Shown one piece after another: positions 18,190 to 27,911 of a DNA stretch of 64,000 nucleotides. The first letter of the stretch is position 1; each line of letters starts with the position of its first letter. Origin of the DNA: Spirochaetales bacterium. Its GTDB lineage: Bacteria > Spirochaetota > Spirochaetia > JAFGXN01. The translations under genes were made by a program, and so were the position numbers. Where the stretch lies: positions 7,641 through 71,640 of the forward strand of contig JAFGXN010000167.1 in assembly GCA_016936615.1 (NCBI GenBank). Direction: 5' to 3'. The notes beneath the pieces are model-generated. The model was not told the DNA's origin. It saw nothing but the letters and a program-made list of their open reading frames with translations, and made no database searches.

Positions 18190-19240
18190 GAAAATTTTAC
18201 TTATATTGCTATATGTTTTTTCTTTTTCTTTTATATTTTCAAATATTATAGAGTACTATGAGAGTAACAAGTATGGTTTTGCGTTGAGGGAGATACATCC
18301 TTCAAGATTGCAAGACTTTGAATATGTGTTGATTTATGAGAACAGGGGATCTATCGAGACTAGAAGATTGCTTGAGAAGAATAAAGAGATTGCTAGGTGG
18401 GAGAGACGAAATAGATTTTCAGGAACCTATGTAGAGACTCAGTATAAGAATAATGAGATTGTCTTGGTTGTTCATTACTCTGGTGGTAGGTTAGTGAAAG
18501 AAGAGATCTATTTTGAAGGGAGTGTTTCTGAGATACGTGAATATAGTTATCGGAGTAATAATTTACTTGAGACTATATTGTACAATGCAAAAGGGACACA
18601 TTTGTTCACTTACCGCTATTCAAGAGATGGTCGAGGGCGATTAACCTCAGTTGTAAAGCTTCAGAAAGATGAGGAGGGTAACTTTATTGAGGTTGCTTCT
18701 TTTTCCTTTCAGTATTCTGACCATTTTTTATCAATGCAGATTTTTATTGAAGGTGATGAGGTTTTAAAATTCATCTACACTAAGGGACGACTCCACACGG
18801 TGGAAGAGACTAAGGGTGGAGAATTAGTATATAGAAAGGAGTTCCCTTTAGATAAAGATATTGCAACCGAGACTGATTTTGTCAAGAAAGAGAACACAAA
18901 CAGGGTCTATGACAAAGAGGGCAGGGTCGTAAAAGAGATTGTTGTAAATGAGAATGGAGAGAAATCTCAGATTTTTTTTACATATAATGAAGATGGACTT
19001 TTAATAGAGAGAAAGGTTAGAGCTCCGAAAATTCGAGAGCTTTTTACCTATGAGTATGATAGCGAGGGACAATTAGTTTTGGTTGAATATTTCTTGAACA
19101 GCAAAATCATGTGGCGTCGTGAATATTCTAATCTGCGTGATTATGAGGAATCGATTTTCAAGGACGGAGATGTCGTGTATAAGGCCTTGTTTTCAGATGG
19201 GCAGTTTGTTAAGGCCTTGGAAATTGGAGTAGAGAATTAG
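18170..19240 (+). CDS. YD/RHS-repeat-like secreted protein
   Basis: After an N-terminal signal, Y-x-Y-D/S-x-x-G-R/Q-L-like units recur (FTYRYSRDGRGRLTSV, FTYNEDGLLIERKV, FTYEYDSEGQLVLVEY). It overlaps the ftsY end by 20 nt. Confidence 0.4.
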   Translation: MKYLGNKKILLILLYVFSFSFIFSNIIEYYESNKYGFALREIHPSRLQDFEYVLIYENRGSIETRRLLEKNKEIARWERRNRFSGTYVETQYKNNEIVLVVHYSGGRLVKEEIYFEGSVSEIREYSYRSNNLLETILYNAKGTHLFTYRYSRDGRGRLTSVVKLQKDEEGNFIEVASFSFQYSDHFLSMQIFIEGDEVLKFIYTKGRLHTVEETKGGELVYRKEFPLDKDIATETDFVKKENTNRVYDKEGRVVKEIVVNENGEKSQIFFTYNEDGLLIERKVRAPKIRELFTYEYDSEGQLVLVEYFLNSKIMWRREYSNLRDYEESIFKDGDVVYKALFSDGQFVKALEIGVEN

Positions 19241-19255
19241 ATTAAGGAGTGTTTT

Positions 19256-20512
19256 TTGAAAAAGGTTTTTCCAAAGTGGATATTTTTTTTAACATCGAGA
19301 TATTTAGTAAATAAAAAAAGAAAATCTGCCTTGACTGTTAACTTGATAGCTACGTTCTTATTGACATTTGGAGTAGCAATACTAGTCGTGGTAATTTCAA
19401 TCATGAATGGGATGCAGATGAAGTTTATAAATGATATCTTGGATATCTCTTCTTATCATTTGCAGGCTTCGAGTAATTTCACTTATAGCAAGACCTCAAG
19501 AGATGATTCTGAGACTATGAGGGCTGCTATTGCTGAAGAGAGTGCTGTGACTGCTGTCTTTGAGTTTATTGATGCTGATGTTATTCTGAAATATGATGAT
19601 AATGATTTTGCAAGTATGGTTAGAGGCTTGCCTGAGAATATTCTAGAGTTAGATCCATCTTTTATGGAAAGTATATCCATGTATCTAGGTAAGTTTGATC
19701 TCTCTGGTGAGAATAACATTATATTAGGTCGAGATATGCATCAGAAGCTTGGAAGTCCTTATCCTGGCACAAAGATTAAGATGCTTGTTTTTCGTGAGGG
19801 AAGAATTGTCAATCCAGTTGTTCAAGAGTATAATGTAGCAGGAATCTATCAATCTGAGTACATAGAGATTGAGAATACACTGGTTTTTATGAATATCTCA
19901 GATGTTGCTGATTTTGCACGGCTTACAAATCTTAAATATGGGATAAAAATCCAAGACAAGAATAGAGATAGAGAGGTTTTGCGTCAGCTTGAAGCTTCAG
20001 AGCAACTTATATCTTTGAAATTTGATACTTGGAGGTCATATAATAAGTCTTTTTTTACTGCTTTGAAGATGGAGAAGATTGCGATGATGTTTCTTCTTGG
20101 TATGATAGTCTTTATCGTTGCATTCAGTCTCTACTATTCGTTAAAAAGGGTTGTTTTTGAGAAGAATCGAGATATTGCTATACTGAGATCTTTTGGTGCT
20201 ACTCCAATTCAAATTAAGATTATATTTATTTTAGAGGGATTATTTATAGGATTCTTCGGTTCGTTTTTTGGAATTATACTTGGATTACTTTTTTCCATAA
20301 ACTTTCAAGAAATTATGGGATTTTTTCTAGGGGTTTTCACAAACAGTGGTGCTTATAGCTATTATCTCGCACAATCCCAAGTTCCATATCTAATGATAAA
20401 AGATATTTTTACAATATACTTTATTGCCTTGTTTGCACCTGCGATTTCCGCTTACTTGGCATGTAAAAGAGTTTCAGAGATTAAACCATCAGAGGTGTTA
20501 AGGTATGAGTGA
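19256..20512 (+). CDS. Lipoprotein-release-type ABC transporter permease (LolC/E, FtsX-like)
   Basis: It has an N-terminal TM helix, a large periplasmic MacB-like domain and a C-terminal FtsX 3-TM bundle. It lies adjacent to the lolD-like ATPase. Confidence 0.65.
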   Translation: MKKVFPKWIFFLTSRYLVNKKRKSALTVNLIATFLLTFGVAILVVVISIMNGMQMKFINDILDISSYHLQASSNFTYSKTSRDDSETMRAAIAEESAVTAVFEFIDADVILKYDDNDFASMVRGLPENILELDPSFMESISMYLGKFDLSGENNIILGRDMHQKLGSPYPGTKIKMLVFREGRIVNPVVQEYNVAGIYQSEYIEIENTLVFMNISDVADFARLTNLKYGIKIQDKNRDREVLRQLEASEQLISLKFDTWRSYNKSFFTALKMEKIAMMFLLGMIVFIVAFSLYYSLKRVVFEKNRDIAILRSFGATPIQIKIIFILEGLFIGFFGSFFGIILGLLFSINFQEIMGFFLGVFTNSGAYSYYLAQSQVPYLMIKDIFTIYFIALFAPAISAYLACKRVSEIKPSEVLRYE

Positions 20513-21185
20513 TATAGCATTAAAAGTTGAAAATTTGACTAAGACCTACTTTTCAGGCAATGAGGAGTTGAAAATTTTAAATAGCGTGAATCTTGAACTG
20601 CCCAAAAAGACTAAACTTATTATAACTGGCGAGAGTGGTTGTGGTAAAAGCACGTTTTTAAATATGATTGCGGGAATTGATTCTCCTTCTTCTGGTAAAA
20701 TCCTTGCTGGAAAATGGGATGTTTCTCAAATGAATGAGACTTCACTCTCTTTTTATCGAAAAGAGTATGTCGGACTAGTCTTTCAATTTCACAACCTTCT
20801 TGATGAGTTTACTGCTCTTGAAAATGTCATGTTACCAGCCTTCATGTCTGGGGTTCCTAAGAAAAAAGCAATAGAGAGGGCTAGGATTCTTCTTGAGCAG
20901 GTACATCTGCAAGACAGGGCAACACATTTTCCTTCGCAGCTTTCAGGTGGTGAGCGACAGCGAATCGCAGTGGCTAGAGCTTTGATAAATAATCCTGAGA
21001 TTCTACTTGCAGATGAACCTACAGGTAACCTTGATGAAAAAAACTCAAAGATAGTTGAAGAGATTCTCTTTGATATAGTTTCAAAAAATGATAAGACCTT
21101 GATTTTGGTTACACATGATAGAGAACTCTGCAGTAAAGCAGATATTCATATGGAAATTGTGAATGGAGATCTAAAAAGATTATGA
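20505..21185 (+). CDS. lolD: ABC transporter ATP-binding protein, LolD/MacB-type
   Basis: Walker A GESGCGKST, the signature LSGGERQR and Walker B ILLADEPT are all present. Confidence 0.8.
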   Translation: MSDIALKVENLTKTYFSGNEELKILNSVNLELPKKTKLIITGESGCGKSTFLNMIAGIDSPSSGKILAGKWDVSQMNETSLSFYRKEYVGLVFQFHNLLDEFTALENVMLPAFMSGVPKKKAIERARILLEQVHLQDRATHFPSQLSGGERQRIAVARALINNPEILLADEPTGNLDEKNSKIVEEILFDIVSKNDKTLILVTHDRELCSKADIHMEIVNGDLKRL

Positions 21186-22483
21186 GTATAAGAGGCACTT
21201 TTTTTTATTCCTTCAAGAATCTTTTTAAACTTCCTGGAAGACCTGGTACTGGGGGGCGAATGTCAGGTGCCTATCTCGGCATAGTCTTCTGCATTGCAGT
21301 AGTTATAATTGTTCTACAGGTAGTCTCTGGTATGATGGAAGGAATAACTGCAAGGAATCTTGAACTACTCTCAAATCATGTTACTGTTGAGCCTAATTTT
21401 TACTATGGTACTGATGAGAAAAAGTTTGAAGAGGTTAAAACAAAAATAGAAGATCTGGAACATGTTCGATCTGTTTCAACATTTTCTGATGCTGGGTTTG
21501 GTTTGTTAAATCGTCGGGGAAAGCTTCATGGCGTGCAGATTAAGGGTGTTGAGTCTAATCTGTATGAGAATGATCTGGGTTTTGCAAAATACTTTGAGAT
21601 TGTTGATGGAAAATTTGATCTAACAAAAAGAGATTATATCTTGATTAGCAAGGCAGTTGCCCAAGATACTGGTATTGCGATAGGCGATTATGTCTCATTG
21701 GTTCTTGTAACAGATAATGGGAAGAGTCAGAGTGCGATGAATGTCAATTTCATGGTTCAAGGGGTCTATGACACAGGCTATTATCAAATTGACAAACACT
21801 CTGTCTACATAAATCTAGAGAAGGCTTTGGAGCTCAAACCTGATGGAATAAAAAAGATTGGTATAAAAATCGAAGATTATTCAGAAAACACAATGGATGT
21901 TGTCGATAGAATCTATAACATAACTGGCTATCGCTGGATTATCACTGATTGGTATACTGCAAATTCTCGTGAATATGAAGAGTTTTCGCGGGTGAAGATG
22001 TATCTTAATTTGATTACAGTTTTAATTATCTTTGTAGGTATAATAAATATTTTGACCTCGCTGAATATGATAGTCATGGAAAAAAAAGAGGAAATCGCTA
22101 TTTTAAAATCATCTGGAGTCTCGCCATCGACAATTATGCAATCTTATTTAATTATTGGAATTGTTGTTGGTTCGTTGGCAGCCTTTTCCGGGATTGTTAT
22201 TGGGGTGTTTTTATCTATAAATATAAATTCTCTTTTCGATATATTAGATGGATTTCTGAGGTTTTTTCAGAATATTGCTATGTGGATGGTAGGAATAGAA
22301 GATTTTGATCCTGTAACAATCTTTGATAGATCTTTTTATTTGACAGAAATTCCTATAAAAATTGAATTGGTTCAGATATTACCAATATTTTTTGGAACAG
22401 TCTTGCTGTCAGCTATTTTTTCAATTTATCCTGCGTACAAGGCTTCGGTTATCAAGCCTCTCGAGATTACGCAGAAATTTTAG
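21182..22483 (+). CDS. Second FtsX-like ABC permease (LolE-like)
   Basis: This is the same architecture as 19256-20512 (TM, periplasmic domain, 3 TM). Its start overlaps the lolD stop. Confidence 0.6.
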   Translation: MSIRGTFFYSFKNLFKLPGRPGTGGRMSGAYLGIVFCIAVVIIVLQVVSGMMEGITARNLELLSNHVTVEPNFYYGTDEKKFEEVKTKIEDLEHVRSVSTFSDAGFGLLNRRGKLHGVQIKGVESNLYENDLGFAKYFEIVDGKFDLTKRDYILISKAVAQDTGIAIGDYVSLVLVTDNGKSQSAMNVNFMVQGVYDTGYYQIDKHSVYINLEKALELKPDGIKKIGIKIEDYSENTMDVVDRIYNITGYRWIITDWYTANSREYEEFSRVKMYLNLITVLIIFVGIINILTSLNMIVMEKKEEIAILKSSGVSPSTIMQSYLIIGIVVGSLAAFSGIVIGVFLSININSLFDILDGFLRFFQNIAMWMVGIEDFDPVTIFDRSFYLTEIPIKIELVQILPIFFGTVLLSAIFSIYPAYKASVIKPLEITQKF

Positions 22484-22491
22484 GGGAATGT

Positions 22492-23430
22492 ATGAGCTTA
22501 GAAGTGTTTGTTTTGGGTACTGGCGGAATGATGCCTCTACCACATCGATTTTTGACAAGTGTCTTGCTTCGAAGAGAGGGAGACTTGTTCTTGTTTGATT
22601 GTGGTGAGGCTACTCAGATATCTTTAAAAAAATTGAATTTAGGATGGAAAAAGATCTCTGCGATCTTTATCTCCCATACACATGCTGATCATGTTACTGG
22701 TTTGCCAGGATTGTTAATGCTTTCGTCACAAGTAGAGAGGGATGAACCTCTATATATCTATGGACCTCCAAAGATTAAAGATTATATCGAATCAAGCAAG
22801 AAAACATTAGATATGTATATCAATTATGAGATTATTGTGCGAGAGATTGATCCAGAGCTTTACAATGATGGACTTTTCAAGGGTGATGGGTTTCAGATAA
22901 ACTCATTTCCGCTACGACATACTAAGCCTTGTGTCGGGTATTCCTTAGTCGAGGATAGTCGCCCTGGTGTCTTTGATCCCCAGAAGGCGAGAGATTTAAA
23001 TGTTCCTGTAGGGCCTAAGTGGTCATATCTTCAGAAAGGTGAGAGTGTCGAGGCAAGTGATGGCTCCATTGTCGAGCCAGGTCAGGTCCTTGGACCCAAG
23101 AGAAGTGGGCGCAAGTTCTCATTCGTTACAGATACTAGCTATATGCCAAGTATCTCTAACTATGTTACAAACAGTGATCTATTAATTTGCGAGAGCATGT
23201 TCACCGCAGATCTTGTTGAAGATGCAGCAAAAAAAATGCATCTAACCTCGGTTCAGGCTGCTAGGATTGCAAATGATGCTGGTGGTATAGATAAAATGGG
23301 TCTAATTCACTATAGCCCAAGATATGTTACTCGAGAGTTGAAGCAGATGCAGCAAGAGGCCTCAACGATTTTTCCTAATACCTTCCTTTGCAAAGATGGA
23401 ATGTCGCTAGTTGTTCCTAACAAGGATTAA
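22492..23430 (+). CDS. rnz: Ribonuclease Z (tRNA 3' endonuclease), metallo-beta-lactamase fold
   Basis: The sequence LGTGG...FDCGE, then HTHADH, and the length and overall layout are typical of short-form RNase Z. Confidence 0.8.
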   Translation: MSLEVFVLGTGGMMPLPHRFLTSVLLRREGDLFLFDCGEATQISLKKLNLGWKKISAIFISHTHADHVTGLPGLLMLSSQVERDEPLYIYGPPKIKDYIESSKKTLDMYINYEIIVREIDPELYNDGLFKGDGFQINSFPLRHTKPCVGYSLVEDSRPGVFDPQKARDLNVPVGPKWSYLQKGESVEASDGSIVEPGQVLGPKRSGRKFSFVTDTSYMPSISNYVTNSDLLICESMFTADLVEDAAKKMHLTSVQAARIANDAGGIDKMGLIHYSPRYVTRELKQMQQEASTIFPNTFLCKDGMSLVVPNKD

Positions 23431-23491
23431 TTGTAACTTTTTCCATAAAGAGATGTTTAATATTTAAATTATAAATATAATAGGTGGTTGT

Positions 23492-24433
23492 ATGATTAAA
23501 GTAGAAAATCTCTCTAAGTCTTACGGGCGCATAAAGGCAGTCGATGATGTAAGCTTTGAAATTGACAAAGGGCAAATCGTTGGCTTACTTGGTCCTAATG
23601 GCGCTGGAAAGACGACTTTAATGAAAATTCTTACATGTTACCATTATCAGGATAGTGGTAAAGCTTTTATTGATGGTATTGATGTCTCGCAGGAGCCAGA
23701 TCAAGTTAAAAATAAGATTGGCTATCTACCTGAGACTGCGCCTCTCTACACAGAGATGTGTGTAAACGAGTATTTAGATTTTATTGCAGAGGCTCGTGGC
23801 TTCAGGAAGGGTGAGAAAAAGCAGAGGATAGAGCAGACTGTAGTCGATACAGGGTTAAGCGAGGTCTTCTATCGGCCAATTCGACAGTTATCAAAAGGAT
23901 ATAGGCAGCGGGTTGGACTTGCTCAAGCGATAATTCACTCTCCACAGATCTTAATCTTAGATGAACCGACTACAGGACTTGATCCTAACCAAATAATTGA
24001 AATTAGAAAATTGATAACTGATATAGGAAAATCAAAGACAGTTATACTCTCCACTCACATAATGCAAGAGGTCGAAGCAGTTTGTAGCAATGTCATCATT
24101 GTTAATCGAGGAAAGATTGTTGCAGAAGGAGAGACCGCCTCTATTTCTACAAAGCTCAAAGGCTCCTCAACCCTCGAGACAGTTCTAGTCGATTCTGCTA
24201 ATAGATTTGCAGATGAACAGTCTCTTGAAAAACAGCTTGCCGCAGTTGAAGAGTTTCTAAAGATTGAGTCTATTGTCAAAAATGGAAGCGAGTTCTCAGT
24301 CGTCTTAGATGTTAAAGATGATAATTCAGCCTTAGTCATGTTTAATACCGCAGTATCAAATAACCTAAAAATAAAATCTTTGAGTTCAAAACATTTCAGC
24401 CTCGAAGATGTCTTTAGACAATTAACAAATTAG
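23492..24433 (+). CDS. ABC transporter ATP-binding protein (ABC-2/GldA-like)
   Basis: Walker A GPNGAGKTT, the signature LSKGYRQR and Walker B ILILDEPT are present. Confidence 0.8.
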   Translation: MIKVENLSKSYGRIKAVDDVSFEIDKGQIVGLLGPNGAGKTTLMKILTCYHYQDSGKAFIDGIDVSQEPDQVKNKIGYLPETAPLYTEMCVNEYLDFIAEARGFRKGEKKQRIEQTVVDTGLSEVFYRPIRQLSKGYRQRVGLAQAIIHSPQILILDEPTTGLDPNQIIEIRKLITDIGKSKTVILSTHIMQEVEAVCSNVIIVNRGKIVAEGETASISTKLKGSSTLETVLVDSANRFADEQSLEKQLAAVEEFLKIESIVKNGSEFSVVLDVKDDNSALVMFNTAVSNNLKIKSLSSKHFSLEDVFRQLTN

Positions 24434-24441
24434 GAGAATAT

Positions 24442-25167
24442 ATGAGTGGTAATATTAGTATAATAATAAAAAAAGAGCTGCGTTCATATTTTACATCTCC
24501 TATCGCCTATGTCGTGATAGCATTGATGGGATTTGTATCATCGCTAATCTTTTTTACAGTGTTTAATTTTTTTGAGTTTAACAGTATATATGCATTTGAC
24601 AGGTATTTTACCTCAATCTCATTTACAATGTTTATATTGATTGCAGCAATTACAATGAGAAGTTGGTCAGAGGAACGAAATCAGAAGACAGATGAGATCT
24701 TGACAACGCTACCTTTTTCAGAAGTTAAGCTTGTCTTAGGGAAATTTCTAGCCTCATTTATCCTCTTCTTGATAATGCTTGCTGTTACAATCTTTGTTCC
24801 TATTATGGTCTCGCCGTTTGGTGATTTTGATGGTGGGCAAATCTTTGTTCAATATCTAGGAATAATTTTTCTTGGGGCAGCATCTATCGCTCTAGGTCAG
24901 CTAGTCTCATCTCTATCAATAAATCAGATTATCTCATTTTTGGTAACAATGTTTGTACTATTTTTGATGATTATGTTAGGCCAACTTAGTCTTTTTCTTG
25001 GATCTTCTGGATTCTTTGATATCGTCAAGATGGTAACCTTTAGCGGACCATTTTCAAGCTTCAATATGGGAATAATTGATTTCAAAAGTATAGTGCTGTT
25101 TTGTTCCTATATCTTTATTTTTCTTTATTTCAATGTAAAAGTCTTGAAGTTTAGGAAATGGAAATAG
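24442..25167 (+). CDS. ABC-2 family permease (GldF-like)
   Basis: This is a 6-TM membrane protein immediately after the ABC ATPase. Confidence 0.6.
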   Translation: MSGNISIIIKKELRSYFTSPIAYVVIALMGFVSSLIFFTVFNFFEFNSIYAFDRYFTSISFTMFILIAAITMRSWSEERNQKTDEILTTLPFSEVKLVLGKFLASFILFLIMLAVTIFVPIMVSPFGDFDGGQIFVQYLGIIFLGAASIALGQLVSSLSINQIISFLVTMFVLFLMIMLGQLSLFLGSSGFFDIVKMVTFSGPFSSFNMGIIDFKSIVLFCSYIFIFLYFNVKVLKFRKWK

Positions 25168-25176
25168 GGGGGTAGT

Positions 25177-26820
25177 ATGAATTCAAAGAAAAAAGAAATT
25201 TTAAAGATATTATTGACACTATTTGTAGTTGCATTAGTTGTTGCAAACTCATTAGTCTATTATTTTCGGATAGATGCTACTGAAGGGAAAATCTATACCT
25301 TTTCAGAGGCATCGAAACAAGTACTAGGGGGAATTCCTGATAACATAAACCTTACGTATTACCGAAGTGATTCTGTACGTAAGATTCCATATCTTGCTCG
25401 TAATTTGAATCTGATAGAAGATCAACTTAATGAGGTCAGGCGATTATCTAAGAATAAAATTGATATCAAGATTGTAGATCCAATTAAGGAAAATCTAGTT
25501 CAGAAGATGCAGAGTATTGGAATACCTAGCCAACAGATAAATCAAAATTCAACTGGTTCTGCTCAACAAAATATCTTCTTTACAGGTATTGAATTAGAAT
25601 ATGGCAAGAAAACTTCAGTCATCCCTTTTGTCTTCAATACAAACAATCTCGAGTATGAATTGATTAAGGCAATAAGCAGCCTGATTAGTCAAGATAATAA
25701 GCAGGTAGGGATAATCTTTGGTGACGACTCTTCAGACATTGCTACCGACTACCCAGTCCTAGCAGCACTCTTCCAGAACGGGGGATATGACTGGGGTATA
25801 ATTGAGGCAGATACTAAGTTCTTTGATGATTACACAGGATTGTTGGTTGTCGGCGGGAAACACCTAGACGATGCAGACCTTGTTGTTGTGGACCAATTTG
25901 TCATGTCGGGGAAGCCTGTGGTTATGTTGGTTGATATCCTTGATGTGGATCTCTCGAATGAGCAGGAACCACTTCATCCTGAATACCAATTTGACAAGCC
26001 AGTCTTTGCCTTTCTTGAAAAATACGGAGTAAAGACAATTAAGCATCCTGTGCTTGATGTTAGTTCAAAGAAGATTCCTCAGCTTGTTCAAATGGGAAAT
26101 AGTGTTGGATATCCAAATGATTATCTTTCTATAAGATTACTTCCAGAGAATGCAAACCATCTACATCCCATGTTTATGAATTTTTCAGGACTTGGAATGC
26201 AGTGGGCAGGTGCATTTGAGCTAGAAGTTCCAGAGTTTGAAATCCCTGAAGGTATTGATTCAAGACCGACTTTAACATCACTCTTGACTACTACAAATAA
26301 ATCATGGCTAGGAGTGCATAATGAGGTTATTGATCCACGGTTCTGGCAGCAGATCGAACAATCTGCGATGGGTGCTCAGCGAGGTGCTTATAGTACAGTT
26401 GTCACAGCGCAAGGCTACTTCGAATCAGCTTACAAGGGGAATGATATTCCATCGAAGCCAGGAACTGATCCAATCTTTGATAGCTTGATAGAATATAATG
26501 ACGATATAAATTTGGTAGTATTTTCAAATACTCGATTTTTAACAGGACTAGTTCAATATATGAACACGGTCAGACCAAGCATTACAATGGCTCAGAATAT
26601 CTTTGAGTGGCTTGCGAACGATGAAGTATTGATGCAGGTCAGATTGAAAGAGAATCGGAACATGGAGCTTTCAAAGATTCAAGACAATGCTAAGTCTGAG
26701 TTGTTGAAGAAGGCAACATTGTGGATGAATGTCTTGGTTTTTCCACTTCTAGTATTAATCACAATGATTGTAGTACTCGTTATTAGAAGTAGAAAAAAGC
26801 TAAGGAGGTTTGAGAAATGA
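25177..26820 (+). CDS. GldG-like ABC-transporter-associated protein
   Basis: N- and C-terminal TM anchors flank a large extracytoplasmic domain. Its position after the ABC-2 pair matches the GldA/F/G arrangement. Confidence 0.5.
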   Translation: MNSKKKEILKILLTLFVVALVVANSLVYYFRIDATEGKIYTFSEASKQVLGGIPDNINLTYYRSDSVRKIPYLARNLNLIEDQLNEVRRLSKNKIDIKIVDPIKENLVQKMQSIGIPSQQINQNSTGSAQQNIFFTGIELEYGKKTSVIPFVFNTNNLEYELIKAISSLISQDNKQVGIIFGDDSSDIATDYPVLAALFQNGGYDWGIIEADTKFFDDYTGLLVVGGKHLDDADLVVVDQFVMSGKPVVMLVDILDVDLSNEQEPLHPEYQFDKPVFAFLEKYGVKTIKHPVLDVSSKKIPQLVQMGNSVGYPNDYLSIRLLPENANHLHPMFMNFSGLGMQWAGAFELEVPEFEIPEGIDSRPTLTSLLTTTNKSWLGVHNEVIDPRFWQQIEQSAMGAQRGAYSTVVTAQGYFESAYKGNDIPSKPGTDPIFDSLIEYNDDINLVVFSNTRFLTGLVQYMNTVRPSITMAQNIFEWLANDEVLMQVRLKENRNMELSKIQDNAKSELLKKATLWMNVLVFPLLVLITMIVVLVIRSRKKLRRFEK

Positions 26821-27800
26821 AAAAAAATCTAGCAGATAATGTTAAAATATATATTCTTGCAGGAGTGACAATCTTTCTTTCTATTACATTGCTTGCGGGA
26901 ATCTTTACTTCAGGAAAGTATGGCATGAAGAGTTCTAAGGAAAAGTTCTTGCTAAAGGATTTTGATCAAAAAAATATACTGGAGATTGTAATCAGAACTA
27001 GCGCTGGAGAGGTTGTTACACTTGAAAAAGATTCAGATCTCTGGACACTCCTGTATGGAGATATCTCACGAAAGGCAAATCAGAATGAGGTTAAGAATTT
27101 CTTGAGTAGATTGAAAAAATTGCAAATTGAATCTGTAGCCTCTTCGAGAGTAGACTCCTTCGGGGATTTTGGAATTAACGACAAATCATCACAGATACGG
27201 TTGATTGACAAAAAGGGTAGCGAGATCAGCCTCCTATTTGGCGATACCACAGATGCTAACCGATCAGTATTTGTGAATTTTGAGAATGGCAAGAAGCTTT
27301 ATAAAGTAGAAAATCTAAAGAATTTTATAAACAGACAGAATAGATCATGGGCTGATTTGAATATTTTCAAGGATATAAAGTCGGACAAAGAGATACTTTC
27401 TTTCTCTATAAATGGAAAAAATCCAGTAAAGAGCGATCCCAAATATAGTCAGAAATCTTTTGATTACCAGATTTCGTTAATTCAGGAGGATAATCAAACC
27501 TACTGGAAGGGATCTGATTCTGATGAAAAGCTAAATAATAGTGCAGTCTCATCCTTGCTCTCAACATTAGCAAATCTTCAGGCATATGACTATGCAGAGA
27601 GTAGCTATGAGTTTGGAAATCCTTTAGTTAAGGTTGATTTTGAGACTAGTAGTGGAATTAGATATACTCTTGAAATTGGTGAGGAAGATAGTTCTAATTC
27701 GCAATATTATGCGAAAACATCAAATTCTAGCAATATATTTAAAATCAGCAAATGGAATATTGAAAAAATTATAATTCCTCTATCGGAATTGAAAAAATAA
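26817..27800 (+). CDS. DUF4340-like protein (commonly follows GldG homologues)
   Basis: It has an N-terminal TM helix. Its position and size match the DUF4340 partner of GldG-like genes. No catalytic motif was seen. Confidence 0.4.
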   Translation: MKKNLADNVKIYILAGVTIFLSITLLAGIFTSGKYGMKSSKEKFLLKDFDQKNILEIVIRTSAGEVVTLEKDSDLWTLLYGDISRKANQNEVKNFLSRLKKLQIESVASSRVDSFGDFGINDKSSQIRLIDKKGSEISLLFGDTTDANRSVFVNFENGKKLYKVENLKNFINRQNRSWADLNIFKDIKSDKEILSFSINGKNPVKSDPKYSQKSFDYQISLIQEDNQTYWKGSDSDEKLNNSAVSSLLSTLANLQAYDYAESSYEFGNPLVKVDFETSSGIRYTLEIGEEDSSNSQYYAKTSNSSNIFKISKWNIEKIIIPLSELKK

Positions 27801-27804
27801 CAGA

Positions 27805-27842
27805 AATAGCTTTGTTCCTTGTTGAACAAAGCTATTTTTTTA
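27805..27842 (+). terminator. Rho-independent terminator
   Basis: AATAGCTTTGTTC-cttg-TTGAACAAAGCTATT is a perfect 13-bp stem followed by TTTTTTT. Confidence 0.7.
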
Positions 27843-27911
27843 AAATTCAAACAAATCTTAGTTGATTATTCTTTTAACTAAGGATATTATACCTGAGTAA
27901 GGAGACGTTTT

